Origin: Phycisphaeraceae bacterium | Lineage (GTDB): Bacteria; Planctomycetota; Phycisphaerae; Phycisphaerales; Phycisphaeraceae | Assembly (NCBI GenBank): GCA_963674705.1 | Contig: OY771506.1 | Location: 4,352,001 to 4,416,000, forward strand | Length of the DNA: 64,000 nucleotides | Reading direction: 5' to 3' | In this document: piece after piece, positions 59,001-64,000 of the stretch | How positions within the stretch are numbered: the first letter of the stretch is position 1 | How the letters are laid out: each line of letters begins with the position of its first letter | Position numbers and translations under genes: made by a program | Notes under the pieces: generated by a model | What the model saw: the letters and a program-made list of their open reading frames with translations, nothing else | What the model was told of the DNA's origin: nothing | Database searches by the model: none

Positions 59001-59476
59001 CCATCGATGTTCTGACTTTCTAAGGCAGTTTGTTCGCCCTCGGGCGTCAGCTTGAGCGTCCATGCCATGTTGGATTGGCCGGCACATATCCAGACTTCAC
59101 CTATAAGGATGTCCTGTAGCGTAATCGTTTCATCTGCGGCTTTGATGGTCAGCGTTTGTCCCTGATCATTTGCGGGCATTGCATCCAATACGACACGCCA
59201 GTTGCCGTTGGTATCGGCCTTGGTGCTGACTTGCTGGCCTGCGAATGAGACTTCAACCGAGGCGTCGGGGGAAGACTTACCCCAGATAGGCATCGGGACG
59301 TCTCGTTGGATGACCATGTGACTGGTAAACACATGGGGTAATACAAGGTCACTACCTTGTGCGACCGCAGTGCACCAACCAAGAAAAACGCAAGCGAAAC
59401 AGAAAACCCTGAAGCTATTTAGCCATGACATGCGAGAACGTATGAGATCCATCCCGTAGTATTCCTTGTTATCCAA
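56012..59476 (-). CDS. Sialate O-acetylesterase + GDSL/SGNH esterase + Asp-box beta-propeller fusion
   Basis: GQSNM, WYQGESN, VHP; GDSIT, LGIND, DKIHP; SNDGGSTW, STDRGASW, SKDGGRDW. Confidence 0.88.
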   Translation of the reverse strand: MDNKEYYGMDLIRSRMSWLNSFRVFCFACVFLGWCTAVAQGSDLVLPHVFTSHMVIQRDVPMPIWGKSSPDASVEVSFAGQQVSTKADTNGNWRVVLDAMPANDQGQTLTIKAADETITLQDILIGEVWICAGQSNMAWTLKLTPEGEQTALESQNIDGIRLFDPQITTPWGKQAWPLELDQTLTPKSFFAYEGWTHGDEEVSGRFSAIGYYFGMMLHDELNVPIGLIDVAVGGTPVQAWIPRQQIVDDPELRKLEDEFLDCALADIFVNERASLHLKEWVDAGKPGKKAEHHYRSGFMYQAGIEPYKGLPVAGIIWYQGESNAEDIRLHNMMFPMAVKSWRDAFGRQDLPVICAQLPGIYRYAWPEFRESQADLSEATRSGLAVTIDMGDPKNVHPRNKLPVGQRMARLALSRVYGKTIVDTGPTLKSVSPDNGALVLTFNNTANGLELRESESGDSGFWIAGEDKRFAKAKAELVNNKIVLTSDNVSHPVAVRYAWESYPPVTLYNSEGLPAAPFRTDNWHTLRVACVGDSITYGMGTSNANIYSYPAQLEDQLGPLFDVRNYGVSGSTVVNGFVLKNWDRGYALQLPYRRSIVHNPDIVIINLGINDVNEDPFDPDLFIKDYEALIDSYRKLPSKPKVFIWGKLAPIYEGHKFYQDPRLEVIQQAIDRVVAETGVATIDMNTPLKDLGDHFADKIHPDDYAAGIIATTVHEALTNTGLPTPADGRALSMIDLDRSPSFGDREEVIARSLRVTRFLKEKYSHDTGPLVLKPVVVPYGENLLGNNSHLGWPVAVKDGDTIIVAFLRKPQHTPRWGIKKPKDKYFSETVITRSNDGGSTWSKPIDIRTYVKQETKNCRVSFGNGMVRRSNGEIVLVSPYGVFTSTDRGASWEHHPQAYGEDDIPGPVICNGPKLLEHPEYGIVSFGHGKNEELIVRYSKDGGRDWEQIIYNMPEPWAYAIEPTVILHNNAMVMVARCHGKESFEPERKTWRYMQAYSPDGWLPLTPALTTIRATDVRDEVDIVGYGPFSQDTVALDFNPVTKRYEAVCTNRNGGGQGNEQQRLRMTLNLWSIDPQQLAEGSSDWRFEGTLMTRGGIMVTGADGMHPGGAVIDEEAGVQHIFIYLGQHLGPASVFRLTRTLDTPKLVEWLKQYPE

Positions 59477-59494
59477 ATTAATGTAGTGTAATAA

Positions 59495-60664
59495 TCAGGC
59501 CTTCTGGTATGCGTCGATCACTTCTTTAGCATCGTTGAAGTCTTTGGATTCGTAGGTCATAACGATACCGGTGGGCCATTTTTGTCTGGCTTCGCCGCTG
59601 ATCAGTGCATCACGCCCTGGCTGATGGTTCGTAAAGGGGACACCGGCTGCCATGGTTTGCTGATAGATCGCGTCGACATCCATCATCCAGGGTTGGCCCA
59701 GGTCGAAGCCTTTCATGCCGGGTGTTTGGAGCATGGGTGCGATGAGGTGCTGGCCGTCGCCACAGAAGTGCAGCGTACCGCCACCGACGGCTTCTAGCAG
59801 ACGACCATCGTGCTTACGAACCTGCTCCGCGTACATGTCGGCGGACATCATGATGGCCGAGTCATTACGGATCAGCAGTCGGCCGGGCAGCTCCCATGCA
59901 TGCTGTGCTGAACCGAATGGATCGAGCCGATCAGTCGTGAATGCGCGGAACTTTGGCTCAACCATCAGCATGACATCGACGATCCGCTGAAGCAAAAGAT
60001 CGACCAAGTCGGGCTGTTCGTAAAATGCGATGAACATGTCGCTGCCCCACAGCAGGTCCGCGGTATCAAGCGGGCCTTGCAGGTCGGGCATGGCGATTTG
60101 GATTACGCGCTGAGCGTTAGGATATTTGGCGAGTTTTTCCGTGTAGTAGTTCAGCGTGGCAAATGAACGTTCGAGGATACCGCCGTACTCGAGGTCTGGC
60201 TCGGATTGATCGTTGGCGATGGCTTCGATTTCAGGACCGGTGCCGAAAGGTTTAATCCAGGGTGGATTGTTTTCGTGTTGCTCCCAGTGCCCACCCAGAA
60301 GCGATGCGATCTGGATGATGCCGTGGTTGTTGCGGATCAACATAGGGCTGTCATCTTTCAGTAGCAGCCCGGGCACAACGGAGGTCAACAATTCGTTGTG
60401 CATCATCGCGATCGGGCTATTGAATGCCACCTGATATGGATACACGCTGAACTTGTCGAAAGGCTCAGGGAGTGTCATCGCGGAGCTGAAAGGCAGGCGA
60501 CAGACAAGCGGCGGACGATCCACATCCTCGCAGACAAGTGCACTGCGATATCGGCTATCCACCTGGTTGCAATGCTCCTGATCAGCAAGGCGGTCGATGT
60601 GTTCAAGAAGTAGATCTAACTTATTTTCAGAAACTTCAACCGCTGCTTCTGAGTGTACAGACAT
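59495..60664 (-). CDS. Uroporphyrinogen decarboxylase-like (URO-D/CIMS fold) protein
   Basis: DLQGPLD, LLWG, DSAIMMS..MYAEQV, LHFCG. Confidence 0.7.
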   Translation of the reverse strand: MSVHSEAAVEVSENKLDLLLEHIDRLADQEHCNQVDSRYRSALVCEDVDRPPLVCRLPFSSAMTLPEPFDKFSVYPYQVAFNSPIAMMHNELLTSVVPGLLLKDDSPMLIRNNHGIIQIASLLGGHWEQHENNPPWIKPFGTGPEIEAIANDQSEPDLEYGGILERSFATLNYYTEKLAKYPNAQRVIQIAMPDLQGPLDTADLLWGSDMFIAFYEQPDLVDLLLQRIVDVMLMVEPKFRAFTTDRLDPFGSAQHAWELPGRLLIRNDSAIMMSADMYAEQVRKHDGRLLEAVGGGTLHFCGDGQHLIAPMLQTPGMKGFDLGQPWMMDVDAIYQQTMAAGVPFTNHQPGRDALISGEARQKWPTGIVMTYESKDFNDAKEVIDAYQKA

Positions 60665-60717
60665 CAGGCAATCCTTTCGGCATATCTTGAACCAGTCACG
60701 ATGCGATCCCGGATAAT

Positions 60718-60749
60718 AAAATGCGGGCGCCTGTGGTGGGGCGCCCGCG
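60718..60749 (-). terminator. Probable intrinsic terminator
   Basis: GCGGGCGCC/GGCGCCCGC hairpin followed by ATTTT on the minus strand. Confidence 0.6.
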
Positions 60750-60830
60750 ATCAGTGCTTGAAAACATTAGGTTCATCTTGCACACACTTCGGAAGCCGTT
60801 ACCCCTCCGACATGTGCGGGTAATTGTTGA

Positions 60831-62090
60831 TTAACGACGACGCAGGATTGCCAAGCCACCGAGACCGAGCAGTGCGAGCGTCGCGGGTTCCGGGACGACG
60901 GAAGTCGGGGGCGTACCTTCATTCCAGTGGTTGAGGACGATATCGAGGTCATCGAGACCGACATAACCGTCGCCAGACGGATCCGCAGCGGCGTCAGCCG
61001 GAGGCACGTTCTGGTTCCATGCCTGGAGGATGATGTCCAGGTCGTCGAGGCCGACGAAGCCGTCTTTGTTCAGGTCACCCGGGATATCCGGTGTACCTTC
61101 GACATAGGCTGCTTCATACTGTGCGAGGATTTCTTCAGGGGTTAAAGCACGATTCCATGTAGCGACGGCGTCCATGTCACCATTATAACGGTGGGCGTTT
61201 ACACGGCCCTTGCCGAGGCGGTTACGGAAGTCGAAGTCCATGATGTCGTCGAAGACGCCGGGGTTATTGACCGGGTCCGATTCCTGAAGGATGGGGGCAT
61301 ACGAGGTGGAGTCGAAAGCGGTAGAAACCTGCTCACCACCACCGAGCGTACCGCCGTCGATGTAGAGGTTGAGCATGCCAGCATCGGTGCCCATATCATA
61401 CGACCAGGTCGCAGCGACGTGGTGCCATTCACCGTCAGAATAATCGACGACACCCGAGGTGCCATTGGAGATGGTGATAAATTCACCCTCTTCCAGATTC
61501 AGCATGAATATGCCGTTACCGCTGGGCAGGTCCCAGAGCCGGAGGTTAAGGTTGTGGCCGCTGCCTTCATCGCCGCGCCAGAGCACGCCTGCGAAGTCAC
61601 CGTCCGGGCTGGGATCGGTTGATTTGACCCACATGCTGATCGAACTGCCAGCCATGGTCATGGGATTGTGTGCGGTATCCGGGGCGTTTACACCTTCGTT
61701 AAACAAGTGCGTGACCACACTGCCGGAACCCGAGGTGTTAAAGTTGTATGCGTTGTTTGTGGCTTCAAAACCAAGGAAGCCGTCCGCGGGACGCAACCCG
61801 GGAACTTCCATCTGGATATCGGAGCCGGCGTTGGTGTCGTTGTAGTAGACATCGGTGCCCAGCAGCGTATCCAGATTATCGATCTCGGCGATGATCGGGG
61901 CGACAGCCACCGGATCAACCGGTTCGGCATCATCCAGGCCGAAGTAGATCAAGGGCGTTTGACTTGCGATGACGTCCTGATAGTTACCCGCTTGCGCGGA
62001 CTGGCTGCCTATACCCAGCAGCATCACACCACAGGGTAGCGCCATCAGCAGCCGTGCGGTCCTTTTCATTCCCAGTTTCTCTCGCAACAT
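60831..62090 (-). CDS. LamG + dockerin-like + PEP-CTERM protein
   Basis: Signal peptide; WHHVAATW, LYIDG, RALT; GDLNKDGFVGLDDL and GDGYVGLDDL; VPEP. Confidence 0.9.
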   Translation of the reverse strand: MLREKLGMKRTARLLMALPCGVMLLGIGSQSAQAGNYQDVIASQTPLIYFGLDDAEPVDPVAVAPIIAEIDNLDTLLGTDVYYNDTNAGSDIQMEVPGLRPADGFLGFEATNNAYNFNTSGSGSVVTHLFNEGVNAPDTAHNPMTMAGSSISMWVKSTDPSPDGDFAGVLWRGDEGSGHNLNLRLWDLPSGNGIFMLNLEEGEFITISNGTSGVVDYSDGEWHHVAATWSYDMGTDAGMLNLYIDGGTLGGGEQVSTAFDSTSYAPILQESDPVNNPGVFDDIMDFDFRNRLGKGRVNAHRYNGDMDAVATWNRALTPEEILAQYEAAYVEGTPDIPGDLNKDGFVGLDDLDIILQAWNQNVPPADAAADPSGDGYVGLDDLDIVLNHWNEGTPPTSVVPEPATLALLGLGGLAILRRR

Positions 62091-62605
62091 GTTCACCTCC
62101 AAAGTTCAAAGTATGGAAACACCTCTCGGCGAAGTTAAATCTGTTTGGCCTGATCCTTATTAAGATCAATACCAGACAGCTTGTGACATCTATTATTCAG
62201 TTGATGTGACTAATCCTTCCAAGCCCCCCGTCATTATCAGTGCCATTTAGCGTATGGCTGTTATCCCATACTCACCAGGCAATGTAACCCATAAACCTCT
62301 CACAATGGCAAATATATCTGATTCCGAGCCAGTGTCAATAGATATTTCTATACTTAAAGAAAATTTATTAGACGCTCAACACACATCGAACAGACCAGTA
62401 AATCGTAAAAACTCGACCGGCATTGTTATTTTAAATATATATTTTACAATATATTATGGATTTTAATTCCGATTTTTGACTGCACCCCATTTTAAACAGC
62501 TGCCATACCTAATTGGCCTAATAACTGTTTTTATTGCCACGATCGGCACTTTTTGACAGAAATACATCTTGCAATCAGAAAATAATTAATCTATACTATA
62601 AGCAG

Positions 62606-63688
62606 ATGTCTGGAAAAACCCCCTCTAGTAACATCGTTGAGCTGGCTGGACGTATCCGTGCGGACATTAAGAATCGCGCGCTTAAACCCGGGGATCAGTA
62701 CCTGAACTCGGCAGATGCGGCCAGACAGTTTCAAGTCAGCACACACGCTGCTAACCGGGCGCTTCAGTTGCTCGCCAAGCGGCGTGTAGTCACTCGCAAG
62801 CAGCGACTTGGTACGGTCGTCACGCTTGAAGAGAACACCGTGCCTAATGGGATCACACTCGATCGCATCCACCTACTGGTGCGCGAAGACTATTTTAAAT
62901 CCGAAGGCGTGCTTGCGGACGGCGTGATCATGGGTATCCAGGGCGAAATGCCACGGGTGGGCATCCAGTTCAACTTCCTTCCTTTAAATGAAGAGCGGCC
63001 TTATGTTGAAGACCTGGTTGGACAGGTGCTCAAGGCAGAGGGCCAGGAAGGATTTGTGCTGGTTCGCGCCTCGCTGATGACACAGCGTGTCGTTGCCCAG
63101 AGCGGCTGCCCCGCAGTGGTCCATGGCACACCGTACCCATCGATTGAACCGTTGTGCTCGATCGATCGGGACCACGTGCTGGAAGCAGAATTGCTTGTGG
63201 ATTATCTATGCCGTAAGCGTGGCGCGAAACGCATCATATTAATGATGCGAGAACGACTGCATGCCGGCGACCACATTTTCCTCGATGCGATGCATCAACA
63301 GATCAGCAAGGCGGGTCTTGGGCCGGATGGTCTGGTGCTGCGATGCCTGCCACAGGACAGTGATCTTGTCGAAGTTGAGTTGAACAGGATTCTTGATATG
63401 AATCCTGACACACCGACCGGCATTATCTGTGCGACGGAGTTTCTAGCACAGGTTGCCAAAGATGAGTTAGCAAAACGAAACGGCCAGGACAGGAAAAATC
63501 ACATTGCGCTCATGGCGTTCTATCGCCGTCCCGGGCATAACGACCCGAAAGTGCCTTACCTGCATGCACGGGTGACACCTGAGCAGATCGGCGCCAACAT
63601 CGCGAGCTTGTTGATGCGGCAGATCATGAGCGGTCAGATTTCCATCCATGAAACTTACCCGCTGGAAGTCTGTGGGGCAGATACGTAA
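62606..63688 (+). CDS. GntR-family regulator with periplasmic-binding-protein-like effector domain
   Basis: IRADI..LKPGD..FQVS..ANRALQLL..GT winged HTH; C-terminal sugar-binding-like domain. Confidence 0.85.
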   Translation: MSGKTPSSNIVELAGRIRADIKNRALKPGDQYLNSADAARQFQVSTHAANRALQLLAKRRVVTRKQRLGTVVTLEENTVPNGITLDRIHLLVREDYFKSEGVLADGVIMGIQGEMPRVGIQFNFLPLNEERPYVEDLVGQVLKAEGQEGFVLVRASLMTQRVVAQSGCPAVVHGTPYPSIEPLCSIDRDHVLEAELLVDYLCRKRGAKRIILMMRERLHAGDHIFLDAMHQQISKAGLGPDGLVLRCLPQDSDLVEVELNRILDMNPDTPTGIICATEFLAQVAKDELAKRNGQDRKNHIALMAFYRRPGHNDPKVPYLHARVTPEQIGANIASLLMRQIMSGQISIHETYPLEVCGADT

Positions 63689-63868
63689 TACGGCAACGAA
63701 TCAGGATTCACCTATTGAGAGGCGTTACGTTACACAAAAGTACCCAGGCCAGCATTGCGAGGGATAGATAAAGAGTATGCCGGCTAATCTTGCCGGCTCA
63801 GCAGACGCAATCACTTGGATCTAGCACCCTGTTTGAGTTTGTTACACACACATATGGAGGAGGAGAGA

Positions 63869-64000
63869 ATGCGTGCTTTCTACAGTCGGAACAAGTCAGT
63901 TTTAGGAATCGGCCTTGGGATCGCGGCCATGAGCATGACAATCACAGCACAACAGGCCTCGGCCAGCTACCTGTCTGAGATTGCCAGCCAGACGCCGTTG
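63869..64000 (+). CDS. 5' part of a secreted protein, paralog of 60831..62090 (truncated by the window end)
   Basis: RBS GGAGGAGG; signal peptide, then SYLSEIASQTPL, compare NYQDVIASQTPL. Confidence 0.75.
   Translation, partial: MRAFYSRNKSVLGIGLGIAAMSMTITAQQASASYLSEIASQTPL

Overview
GC-rich bacterial DNA, very probably from a Planctomycetota (Phycisphaerae-like) genome; this is inferred from the N-methyl pilin/H-X9-DG proteins, PEP-CTERM proteins with dockerin-like repeats, DUF4159 and a TPR-alphaCTD protein. In order, the window holds: a frameshifted SAM methyltransferase; two tRNA-Thr genes; four tandem pilin-like H-X9-DG genes, each with its own near-identical promoter; envelope and housekeeping genes (amidase, membrane glycosyltransferase, lipB, lpxA, comEC, DUF4159, Ser/Thr kinase); three PEP-CTERM genes, one a SpoIID fusion; two GHL10/DigH-like lipoproteins; the TPR + tandem RNAP alphaCTD gene; a GH43 arabinanase; pfkA; a REC-GGDEF-EAL / TonB receptor / YfiR / two histidine kinase module; araBDA plus a Zn dehydrogenase; and a sialidase/esterase acid-sugar locus with a GntR regulator. 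The strongest unexplained signals are: (1) mosaicism among the four pilin-like cassettes; (2) many short periodic inverted repeats and REP-like hairpins that sit at stop codons, bracket a small cargo ORF and are inserted in frame in LipB and a glycosyltransferase; (3) a YfiR relay with a TonB receptor in place of YfiB; (4) a surface-sorted SpoIID next to DigH-like hydrolases. No integrase, transposase, reverse transcriptase or CRISPR array was found. All calls come from reading motifs by eye; no database searches were run.
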